Source of the DNA: Asterias rubens
Taxonomy: Eukaryota
Reading direction: 5' to 3'
Assembly: GCF_902459465.1 (NCBI RefSeq)
Contig: NC_047082.1
Location: forward strand, 12,028,001-12,092,000
DNA: 64,000 nucleotides
Shown here one piece after another: positions 23,855 through 35,500 of the stretch. The translations under genes and the position numbers were made by a program. How positions within the stretch are numbered: position 1 is the stretch's first letter; each line of letters starts with the position of its first letter. The notes under the pieces are model-generated. The model was not told the DNA's origin and made no database searches. It saw only the letters and a list, made by a program, of their open reading frames with translations.

Positions 23855-26800
23855 TCATCGGAGAGTGGCTGTATGTATGTCATTCATCCAGTACTCTGCT
23901 AATGTCGAAAACATTGAAACATTTTCTGCAAATGAAATGAAGATATATAAAAAATAATGCATTAGCTAGCCCTCAGCTTTGCTGCAGTATATTCACAGTG
24001 AAAGAAAAGTTTTGGCTTAATAGACCGTATTGACCCCTTGCACGCGCGTCACACGCGGCGACTGATGCCACGCTCACCATGTTGGTGGTCAAAAGGCTTA
24101 CGTGTAAACGCCGCGTCACCTAAAAATGCGCACTTCACTGAATAACACACGTTGACATTGACCACCAAAATGGCACATCCAAGATTATTCTGATGATGAC
24201 GTCAGGTGAAATGGGTCAATTGAATATGACGTTACCATTCTAATATCTGACCAACAACATGGCTTCGTTGCGCATGTGGGTGCGTGCATGTGTCGTAGAA
24301 ATCAAACTGGGAATGTTGCGTGCTGCGTGCTTCATAGATGTTAAATTTCCCATTCACATCTAGTGAGGTGTATGCAGGTATACAAACCACATGTCTGGTT
24401 CGCCCGCCCTCAGAAATCTGAGAAACGGTTCATGCATGAACAGTTTCACAGATTCAAATGTATTTGGGTGAAAACTTATCCAAACCTTACTAATTCGAAG
24501 GGAATCTTTTCTCAAAATAGTTTCTACTAATAATGCTTCTTACCAAGTTCAGTTTTTACAGTAAATATTTTTAATTTTTTTGGGGCCTACAAATAAGCTT
24601 AACGTTGAAAAAAACCAAAAAAACATATCGACCATACCTTTAAAAAAAATAATCCATAAACTAACCTGACTTTGCAGTACTCATAGATTTGTCTTCCAGC
24701 TCAGTCAGTTTCAGTTCTGCTCTTGTAAAATCCTGTAGGACCAGAAGTTTCTTGATATCGTTCAGTTGGGTGAGAGTCTCTCCTGGCAGCTGATTGGTGC
24801 TGAGTTGTCCAATCATAGCATGGAATGGCTCAGTCTGACGGGGTACATCCCTTCTCTTAGTCGCTTGGGTGGAATTACAGTACAAAGAATTAATTACCAA
24901 ATAATTGAAACATCATTAGTAAGGGATTAAAAGGGTAGCGATGAGTTCTTCAACGGCCGTTTAAAGCCGGCAGGGTCGGCGGCCATATGATATAGGCCGT
25001 GCCGAAGGCGAGGGCCTTTATCGCACGGCAACGAATTACTATGAATTGCGTTCCGCGTATTAATCTTGCTCGCAACACGCGAAAGCCAGCTTGTTATGAA
25101 CAGCGCCAGCTGGTCATTATCAAAGGTTTAAACACCCCACGTGACGCGCTCTCCACCAATAGGAGTAGAGAAACTGTCTGGGGTATTTATGAATATCTAA
25201 ACTGTGTGATGGGCTACATTTAAGTATTAGACCTTTTCACTTTACATAGCACCATGTAATTGTTTACAAGGTGCTGTGCAAGATGCAGTACGCTGCTAAT
25301 CAAACCAGGAAAACTGGGGCAAACCCCCTTCTCTTTAAGATAGGTGACTGGGTTATTTTATTTGCGTTACACAAAACACAGGACCTAAAGCTTTACATTC
25401 CAGTGTCACGATCGTGACTCGAACCCACAATCAGCTAATCAGAAACACCAGAGCTTGAGTAAATAAAAAAATTGGTGCCTAACAGGGTGAGGCAAGAGTC
25501 GTGGCCGGTTAAGAACACCGAGGTCAAACTCTGGCATTTCTGATTAATAGCAGAGTGTAGGTTCAAGTCCCAGTCGTGACACTTGTGTCCTTAAGCAAGA
25601 CACTTAACCATTGCTTCGTCCTTCAGATGGGACGTAAAGTCGTTGGTCTCGTGTGTTGTGTAACGTACGTAACAGAAACAAGTGCACTAATTGAACAGAG
25701 AAGGGGTTCGCCCGGTGTTCCTGGCTGTGGCTGCTTAATGCCCCCTAGCACCTTGTAAACCCTTAGAAGGTGCTACATAATTGGGTCTCAACCTTCAAAA
25801 GGTTATCTTTCTTTAAAATGTATTATATACTACATGTACATGTAAGCGCCTTAAGTACCTTGTTGGTAGATACATGTACGTGCGCAATATAAGACTTTGA
25901 CATTATTTTTATTAAGAGGTGTTCTCACCATCACAGCAGTACACCCTCCAGACGGACTCCGAGAACTCCTTCACTTCACAAGCAACCCCATCCAACTCCT
26001 CATCCCCATTAGAATCACCCTCCTCCTCACCGCCATCATCACAAATAAATTCTGTCGCACGGTGCAGCTGCTGAGGAAGGGGTTTCCCCTTTTTGGCTCT
26101 CCTCTTTCTGCGTTTCTTCCTCTGATTCTTGGTGAGCGTCTGAGTCACAGCCTCCTGAGGTGAGGAGTGAATCTCAGAGTCTCTGAGTTTCTGTGTTTGT
26201 GATTCTCCGCTTGTTCCATTGGGAGGACTTGAATCGTCTATATTTCTAGAACTGCTGGTAATTGTCTCAACATCATCATTGATTTGTAACGCTTTCCTTT
26301 TGCGTTTCCTTTTCCGTCGCCGTTTTCTTGGTAGTGCTTCCTCATCTTTGATAGAATACAAATTTTTTAAATTAAAAAACAACAACTTATACATTAGCAA
26401 GATCAAGGTGACATACAAACTTTTAAACCTGCTCATCAGGTTTTCCTCAGCGCCGAAACTAGGGTAAGATTTTAGGGGGCACAAAGGGGTGCACTATAAG
26501 TCAATGGGGGCACATCTGGCATAGTGTTAACCAGAGCTGGGTGTTTGTGTGTCTTTTGGACACCCATACGGTTTAAAATGTGGACACCCAGTTTTATCTG
26601 TCTTATGTTATGTATTGTAATGTACGTAATGTAAGTGAACACTTTGGACACAAGGTTTTTACGTTTCCACATTCAAGCCTGTCATTTGTAAAGTGCTCCA
26701 TACCTTCAGTTTCTGATGAGGAGTCTAGTGACTCTGATGAGGCGCTAGGTCCAACAGTAGGAACCGAGGAGCTATCCAGTGTCTCTGGTGGTATTCAATC

Positions 26801-29137
26801 AGGGGCCACCTCTGGGGTAGTATGTGTGTCTTTTGGACACCCAGTTTTAAATATGGACCCCCTGTTTTCTGTCACATGTTATGTATTGTTATGCAAAGTG
26901 AATACTTCGGACGTACAGTTTTTACATTTCTACACTCGAGCCCTGTCATTTGTAAAGTGCTCCGTACCTTCAGTTTCTGATGAGGAGTCTAGTGACTCTG
27001 ATGAGGCACTAGGTCTAACAGTAGGAACCGAGGAGCTATCCAGTGTCTCTGGTGGTGGTAGTCCATCAGGGGGGAGCTCAGCCGTGTAGACCTTAGCAGG
27101 ACCACTTGGCCTTTTGCTTTGAAGACTCTTCGTGAAAGAGTTGGAGTGTTTTGAAGGCAGCTGTTGTAGGAGTGGTTCCCCTTGCTCACTCTCCGCTGAT
27201 GGGAAGAGTCGAGTGAGCACATGAGCTGTGAATACTGAAAACAAATTTAACACATTTAAGTATTCAAAGGGTCTATAGGCCTACTGTGTATGTTTAGTAA
27301 TTAAAGGGTGGCTGCAGTGTTTTTTTAATTCATTTTAACGATTAAACATGACTTTTTAAACCTGAAATATTTTTTTATAGTTTTTATTAAATGCGCAAGT
27401 ATTTTTTAAATGGTTTTCAAGAGATTAGGGGAACCCACCCTGCCCCTAAAAGGAAGCCTTCATTTGCATTAAACGTAATGTCATGTAACTCGAGCCGTCG
27501 GGCCCCCTGGCTGTGTGCATTATATATATAGAGACGTGTGCACTGTGTGGCCTGGTACCTAGGTGCGTGTAGTTCGGGACCAGACTCTTTTTGCTGACGA
27601 TATGTTTGAATTCCCGACGTGACGTCGATGGTAGGGGGGGGGGTAACAATCAACAAGAGGGGGGGGGGGGGCATGACTTATTCCCTAATTACGCAAGTCA
27701 GATATGTCGGGAATAAACAAAACACATTTTATTGGTGTTCAATACATATCAGAAATAAATGACAGCAAAATTAACTGTTTTATTTGAATTCACTGCAGCA
27801 TCCCTTTAACTCTGAAAATTAATGGCAATAACAACTATACTTCATGTGCGTGGGTAAGAAGTGCAGCAGCTTTAGAGAGTAATGCACACTGAGAAATGTT
27901 TCACTTTTTTTGAAGGACTGCTGTAATATAAAAAGAAATCACATTTTATCCCCTAAATATTGAGTCTTCTTGAGAGGGTTACTGGCCCGTGTAATGCAAC
28001 TGCTGATTATTTTGTCTGCGTAGACATAATTGCCAAAACTTGTTGTCATTATCACAAAAAGGCCCCAGGGGACTTCCTTGGGACCTCCGTAGCCAGGACG
28101 TAGACGGGGATGTGCAAACCATGCCCCGCTAGCCGGATCTTTGCCCCAAAATGTTTCCCCACCCTATCAAGAAATCGGGGACTTTGCAGAGGTTGTACCA
28201 TTTGTTTCCCCGCCCTACCTGGACAAAGTTGCTCCTTTAAAAAGTTTGAGCGATTAAGTAATTTCACACAAAATGCCGCCGCAAAATAGTTCGTTTGCGG
28301 CCTGCGCTTCAACTCTTTGTAGAGTCTTTCACAAAGGCTTTTGCGTGAGCTTTCGAAAGAGGCTCTCATCTGCAAGAGTTTTAGTACAAGAGTTGGTGAA
28401 AAACAAAAGAGGCCAGCCTTTTAATTTAAAAACAAGAAAATAATAAACAAGTGAAATTAATTACCATCCTATTCCTATCACCACAGTAGTCGAATCAAAT
28501 AACTGTTGAAAAAACTTTCTCATTCATATCATATTCATACTGTGTCTTCCTCAATTAATAGATTTTATAATACATACATTACATGTACACAAAAACAAAG
28601 TTAACTTGCTAACAAACATTATTTTAATTAAGAACAGGTAAATAAAGACAAAAACCATCCTATCCCCCAAAAAGTAAAGTCTGAAGGGAAGTAAACAACA
28701 AATAATGAATTGTGTGTACTGTAGAGCGGAAAAGTTTCCGTACGGTATGGCGCCACCACTTTTTCATTCGATATGAAATAATCTAATTTACCTCAATGAG
28801 ATATCCCTTTTTGTAAAAATGAGTGAAAAAGTGGTGGCGCCATACGGAAAGTTATCCGCGATGTGGCTGAGGGCGAGTTGACTAGTTTCCATTAACTACG
28901 TGATTGAATGGAAACTCATGGTGGTGAAGTCTTGTAAAGAAAAGGTGAAGGCAGACACTCACTTCAGTCTTCAGATGTTTTTTAAGAAAACACTAAACAA
29001 ACCGTTGTAAAAACTTAACTTATCATGTCGATTTCTTATCCACTGGTATCCTTATCCTTTAGTTTGGTCTCATCCCCAAAACTTGAAAAGATAAATAACT
29101 CACCAGCTTCTCGTTTCCTTGTAAAACTTGTAGACAT
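23855..29137 (-). CDS. ERICH1: ERICH1-like (glutamate-rich protein 1 family), 5 coding exons, 328 aa
   Basis: Exons 29104-29137 (MSTSFTRKREA), 26968-27234 (VFTAHVLTRLFPS...KVYTAELPPDG), 25929-26345 (KRRRKRKRKRK...TKNQRKKRRKRR...VKEFSESVWRVYCCD), 24666-24863 (LNDIKKLLVLQD), 23855-23925 (LAEYWMNDIHTATLR*). All introns phase 1, GT-AG; 987 nt total. Parallels human ERICH1 motifs VF..KVL.RLFP, LYTA..PP.G, SKNKKRKLKKK, YFYDG, MKTLLLLQD, SYWI. Confidence 0.88.
25240..25460 (-). mobile_element. tRNA-derived SINE, minus-strand copy (internally deleted)
   Basis: Reverse complement of the 25495-25900 element, including B box GGTTCGAGTC. Confidence 0.7.
25495..25900 (+). mobile_element. tRNA-derived SINE (full-length-like)
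   Basis: A-box-like gtggccggttaag, B box ggttcaagtcc, body gacacttgtgtccttaagcaagacacttaacc and an L2-like tail. Related copy at ~39770-40040 (-). Confidence 0.78.
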
Positions 29138-29239
29138 TTTCCCGTCCGATTTTCATATGTATGACCCTTTTCATCACTAGAACTAAATTAACCTCTCCAC
29201 AAACAGGGAACGCTTGGTGGCGCTACAACCATAACAAAT

Positions 29240-29383
29240 TAAGATTTGATCAAAACATGTGGATGTGTAAATAATTCAACTTCAACAAGTCAACACAGAA
29301 AGTTCAATGAATCAATGTGACTACTATCTACGGTGGTGAAGAAAGTGTGGACATTTTAAAAGTGAATAGTGATCATAATTTTG
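29240..29383 (+). other. Putative non-coding first exon of EOLA1 (5' boundary approximate)
   Basis: Consensus donor gtgagt at 29384-29389. A pyrimidine-rich acceptor (ttttttcttttcaag, ending 30017) lies 32 nt upstream of the EOLA1 ATG and needs an upstream exon. Confidence 0.55.
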
Positions 29384-30049
29384 GTGAGTGATTTAAAATT
29401 AAACTTTAAAGTAAGTTAAACATTGCTCTATCTAGATTCTATGGTTAAATTAAGGAGCCAATGCAAATACAATATTTTGACAAAATTTTTACACAAATAT
29501 TTGTGTACAACTTTTTGCTTTTATTAATTATCATCAGTCAATGCCGTATGTGGGTAAGGTTCGTCAGTGGTGGTGTTCATGCTTAAGTGATACTGCAGGG
29601 GCGCCACTCTCCTATTTTTAATGTTCTTATCATTGTGTAGCCGAGATAGAGAGCCGGATTGTGATATTTTACTACATTGTAAAAATTCCAACATGCATTT
29701 TCCTTTTTTTCCTTTTCATTTTTGTGAGCATTTACAAATATAATTCCTTATAGCCAATGACATAGTTGCGATAACGTAACCCTACTCCCGACTTTGGCTT
29801 CGGCGTCAGGAGGAGGGTTGTTATCGCAACTATAATTACGACAGTGGGTTACAACAATTCTAACGTTGCAGCAGTCAAATTATGGCAAAATAAAGGATAA
29901 CATGTGTTACATGTTCAACCAATCGCCAGATCATCGAGCTGCAAAATGTAACAACATCTCATGCATTAATATTCATTCTTGAAAAAACGAAACCAAGCTT
30001 CCTTTTTTCTTTTCAAGGGCATCATCTTAACTTTAAGTGGCGTGTTACT

Positions 30050-31285
30050 ATGGCAACCAAAGCGGATGTTCTTCTGAAGGCGAAGCAGCGACGTCATGCT
30101 CCATACTCCAAAGCAAAGCCACCACCTCAAACTTGCAGTTCATCCTCCAAAGAAAAACAACCCGATACCGGTTCTCAAGACTGTAGTCAAGATGATGTGG
30201 ATTCTCTTAAGGGTCAGGGAGACCAAAACTTGCTCGGTCATGAGACATATCCTTGCATCTCAGCGAGGCAACCTTACGCAGGTCTTATCCTTAACGGATT
30301 GAAGACGATCGAAACCAGATGGACTCCGGTGTTTGAGAAGCTAGAGGGAAGAACAGTCGCGATTCACGTGGCGTGGAAGGACTGGGACGGGGAGGAGTGG
30401 AGGACAATGTTGCAGATGGAGCATGGAGGAGGGAAGATTAATCAGTTTATTAAGGATGGCGAGAAGCATGGACGAGCAGTTGTTGCTGGTACGGAAGAAA
30501 ACAGGGTTTAATACAGCTTGTAATTTATCAGCATAATTATTCCGAATTTCTTAATCTTTGTTGAACTCTGATCACATTAGGATTTTCTTGAATGAATGTA
30601 ATATAAAGCTGAAATCACTAAAAAGAAAGGCGCAGAAAATCTTTGAAAAGACTCAAGTTGGTAAAACAAATACTTTAAATAAACTAAACTCACATGTAGA
30701 TTTATGTTTCTAAAAACATACTCAGTGGTTTTAATCTCCAGACCAGGACGGGACCTCAATGCAAGGCTCCGGTCCGAGCAGGGCTTGAATTTTACACTGC
30801 ACGACGAGCTCGAGGCCAGTAATTTCAGTGATGGGCCAGTACTCAAAACAAGACAAGTCAACAATACTACCACGGGACTATGTGATTGGTTAATGAATAG
30901 CAGTTTGGCAATCAATCAAGCTGGACTACCGGGTTGTTGCACATAATTCTGACTGGTAGTTGGGCTACTGTTAAGGGGGGCACTGTTTTTAACAAATTCA
31001 CATAGTATTACGATGATTATCTACATGTATACAATGTACATTTACTCATGTGCTGTACACAATGTTTTTTTCTTTCTAGGTTTGGTTGATATAGGCGAAA
31101 CATGGCAGTGTTCCGCTGTTGGTGATGAAGACCAGATAACAGAATGGGAGAAGAACTCTCTCCTCAGACCACTTCATGAAAAGTACCTCACTAGACTGTC
31201 CAATCCCAGATGGTTAAAGAGACCCTTGCAGGCCAGGGGTCAAAGGGGAATATGGGAGGTCAATATCCCACTGAACTTCTTGTAA
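30050..31285 (+). CDS. EOLA1: EOLA1/CXorf40-like ASCH (PUA-like) domain protein, 2 coding exons, 214 aa
   Basis: Exons 30050-30488 and 31080-31285 (phase 1, gtacgg...ttctag). CISARQPYAGLILNGLKTIETRW...GRAVVAG|LVDIGETWQC...KYLTRLSNPRWL matches human [23 protein letters not shown]...GRGVIAGLVDIGETLQC...KYLTVISNPRWL. Confidence 0.95.
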
Positions 31286-32513
31286 AGGCAAATGGTATAT
31301 TAAGTTTTGGTGGGTTACACATACAAACAACAGTCGACTCTTTTTTATAGTAAATGTTTTCTTTATTATACATTATTTCTTGTTATCAAGTACAAGTGAG
31401 TAGTGAACAAATAGCTGTAATCATCCTACTTTCCATACAGATTTTTTGCATCTGATGTCACAAGCCAAATCAAACTCTCACTGAGGTTGAACGAAGACCA
31501 ACAAGTGAATTGTGTACATGTATCCCATTGACCTTTATAACAAAGTAAAAATGTATTTCCAGACTTGGCAAATATTTAAGAGGGTAAAAATACATCTATT
31601 CAATCCTTTGCATACATTATGTTTATGATCTTATCATTATAACTGTCAAAAACATCAATCTGCTGAAAATATTTTGGAATGAGTTAGTGAAAGTCATTGT
31701 TTTAAATTAAAGGTAGGATCATTGTTTGGCATTTTGTCAAGAAAGATACAATAAAAGCCACCAGTGAAAGTTTCAAAAATTACCGTTTAAAAGTGTTTAC
31801 AGCACGAAACTTATTTACAAATGTTCTCAAGTCTAAACATTCAGTGTATTCACAGTATTCGATAGAATTACCACCCTTTGATAAAATGGACAGGTCCAGG
31901 CGGTTTAATTGGCTGCCGTGCCAACCATAATAATGTACTAAATACAAATGTGCATTGAATACGTACAACTTTTGTTAAATCGGGACCGTAGTGGTGAGAG
32001 CAGGCAGGCCTTGAACTTTGTTCTTGAAGCAATTTCGTTCTGGTTAGGGCCACCTCTATGAGGAAAATTTCAATTTGTATTGGAACTTTGCAAAGGGCAC
32101 CACAGCAAAAGCACAGGGCATTACCTCAATTGCTGTAAGTTCCGTGGGTTAATTCGTGGCTTGTAGTAGAAAGAGAGCCGCTTCACTATCACCGCGACAG
32201 AAATTTATAGACTTGACAAAAATCCCAGCTAGTAATAACAATAAAACCATTTCACAAATTTTTATTGTTTCAAAATGATGTCAAGCGGGGGGTAAGGAGC
32301 AAAATATGTCATCTTCAATCAAACCGAACAATATTCAGATGTGTCTGTTAATAACTGTTTAGTTCACATGAGATTCATAAGGCATATCTGTAAAAATGAC
32401 AAATGGTGCATAATTTTTTCATCTGTTGCAGCACCAGATGAAAAGATGAATTGAGTTTCAAATAAATATTAAATTGTTATTCTTTTTAAAAATCACTGTT
32501 GTTACAAAGGGGG

Positions 32514-35500
32514 TTATTGTGTTGCAGTTGTCGTCGTTGTCGGTTGTTGTAAGTACACTTGCTGTGTACCGGTTGCCGTCTGAATCTGGTAGATCGGAGG
32601 CTGTGAAATAAAAATAAAGAGAGGGAAAAATCTTTTAAAAGTTGTACAAAGGGCAATATCTAGAGAACACCTGCCATCACACCGACTTCGAGGTACTTAC
32701 TTAAAGGTTTGTAATTTACGCAAGATAACGGCCGTGAGCGGATCTTCAGATCTAAGCAAATTCATTTCACATTCATTTCACACATATACATGTATCACAT
32801 AGTGAATAATTCAACCCTATATGATGTACACAACATTCAACACACAATCATTGCGCATGCAGACAGTCGAAATTGCAAGCTGGCACTACATAACCTCGGA
32901 CCAATCATAACACAGATATGGAAAGCTTCATCACAACACAGTTATCCAATTGAATCATTGTATCCAATGAAATCAGTGGGCCGGACTATTTACCAGGCAT
33001 GAGAATGGGCGATGATAAAAAAACAGGAAAAAAATTCAGTTGATCGGAAATGTCAATATTCCATCATTTTTGTGTGCGAAACACACAACACGAGCGCGCA
33101 GCGCGAAGTCCCCTACGGCCGGGGTCCAGGGCCCGCTTAAGGGCCCTGGGAGCTCTGGGTATTTTAGAAGCTCTGTGGTGATCTCTGATGCATTTCTGAC
33201 ACCTATTTTTCCAGGTAGAAGTGAGCTACTTTTGTGTGATTTTTCCTTTTTTTTATTTTAATAATAGGTTTAAGGGAAAATAAGGAATGTAAAGCTCAAA
33301 CAATTCAAACAATTTTGGGTTCGCCTGCGATTTTGTAACAATTCCGGAAAAAGAAAGGAAAACAAAAAAATAATAGTAATAATATTTAAATTTTATCCCT
33401 TATTTCTGCCCTTGAAAATGCTTTTTTTCTCACCAACAACCATTTTCACAGGTTCTTGATTTGAAATTCGGTTGTGTAAAAGAAATTCTTTTGAAATTAA
33501 ATGTTTGTGATTTTAACGATCCGTCGGCGACGCACATTTTAAAATAATATTATTCTATATATCTGGCGAGAGCGATGTGTTTTTGAGAAAGAGGTTGTTA
33601 TTCAGCATAGGGTATAACTGGAACGAGGTTGAGATTAGACCCCAACATAGAAATAGAACCAATGAAGAAAGCACGTCGTCCGGACGTACAGTGTGTTCGC
33701 TGGTTCCCAATATATCTTTCGCTGGTTGTGAGGCAGTAACAGGTACCAGTTTTCCATGGCCTGCCGGCGATCTCAGATTCGTGCCGCGCCGCTCCGCTCA
33801 TTGGTTCGTGTACAAACCTGCACGTACACAGTACACAGTACACAGTACACATGGCGCAAACACGTGCATTGTTTTTTCAGAAGACTTTCAAAAGTCTCCA
33901 CACGTGTTATCTTTGCTGCAGCAGCAAGCGCATTACACGCAAACATTATTGAACCATACCACTATAAACGAAGCAAGGAATGAGGCAAGTTTATACATCT
34001 GTCGCTGCTGCTGCATGCATGCGCGATGCTAGGAAGACCACAAGCCGTAAACTGGGCCAGTTGCTGGACGGCAATTTATTGTTTAGTTTTTAGGTGCCGT
34101 TTTTTTCATGAACGCCGTACGTGTGGATCCGCGATAATAACAATTACAAAGGTAAACTGACATTGTCTGACTAGAGAAGAGGGATTAGAGAAATCCAAAT
34201 GTATACCCCCAAAAACCTACCCCCCAAATTTCATAGCAAATTCACATCGAACTCGGAGACCACAATTTTGAAAGGAAAAAAACCGGAATTCCGGTTTAAA
34301 CCGGAAGATTCTCATGCCTGATTTACTCATCCTAATTTGAGATATGATCATAGAAATAGAACCCGGAGAACGCTGAGTGTCTTGTTGCGGTTTCATTGTG
34401 AGACCATTTTTATGGACGCCCATTTTTTTACGCGTGAAATTTTGCCATACAGTGACGTCATCATTGACCAATAAACACTAGAAACAGTCTATGTGCGCTG
34501 ACATCTTGCCATTTTGCCATACACGTGTGTCATGCAATGATCATTTTGCCATACATGCGTATCGCGCGGTATCGATATGCCACGTCCACAGACGACACAG
34601 AGGGTGGCCGAGCTCAGCGTTCTCCGGGTTCTATTTAATAATAATAATAGACCGTTTTTATATAGCGCTTTTCACGCCCGAGGGGTGTCTCAAAGCGCTT
34701 CCGACATTAGTACCCCTGGTCACTGGGCCTTAAAACATTCCTTAAACCATCTCAGCTCCCTGGGGAGTATACAGCCTGTGCGCAATATATGCGCTACTCG
34801 GCTAAATCAATCACGAGAACCATCTCTGCCCTCACAGGTACCCATTTACCCCTGGGTGGAGAGAAGCAATTATAGTTAAGTGTCTTGCTCAAGGACACAA
34901 GTGTCACAACCGGGATTCAAACTCACATTCTGCTGAACAGAAGCATCAGAGCTTGAGTTCGGTGCTCTTATCCACTCGGTCACGACACCCCATGGATATG
35001 AATAATTCTAGCATTTTGTGAAATCGGCTGCTGTGGCTGTCTCTTTCCTAACGGATAAGGACAGGGAACCAGTCTGGCATAAATACTGACCTGAGAGCCG
35101 GAGATCTGGGTGACAAACTCTTGACCGGCTTGCTGTAGACCCTGTTGCTGCTGGCCCTGGGCTTGTCTCACATACTGTATCTGCTGACCGACTGGAAGTT
35201 GAACCTAACAAAAATAATACAAGATATTAAGGAATAATCAAGGACCTGCCTACACTACAATCATTTTCAAACACATGTTATTTCTTATTTGTAGAAATTC
35301 ATATGTAGAAATTTCAGCTTTATCAGTCGCCAAGTTTTTGAAGAAAAAAAAAAGGGAAAATCACAGAGCAGTGTTTTCAGGAGAGTCGCCTAATCTGTTG
35401 TACATGCTAAAATTATTTTCACCTCACTGAGACGAAAAACTATTTTGTGAAATTGCTTTACTCATTTCTCATAAATTACAGCACCTCAGTAAGTAATACC

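Noticed and set aside
26580-27089. 169-aa plus-strand ORF with an internal repeat
   Set aside because: Antisense shadow of ERICH1 exon 2 and its tandem duplicate; no independent gene signals.
28052-28375. 107-aa minus-strand ORF with an acceptor-like site in ERICH1 intron 1
   Set aside because: No recognisable homology and no good donor. The acceptor phase does not fit the phase-1 intron; more likely repeat-derived.
29046-29053. GTATCCTT, the U12-type 5' splice consensus
   Set aside because: On the strand opposite ERICH1 and upstream of the inferred EOLA1 start; no matching exon or U12 branch point was found.
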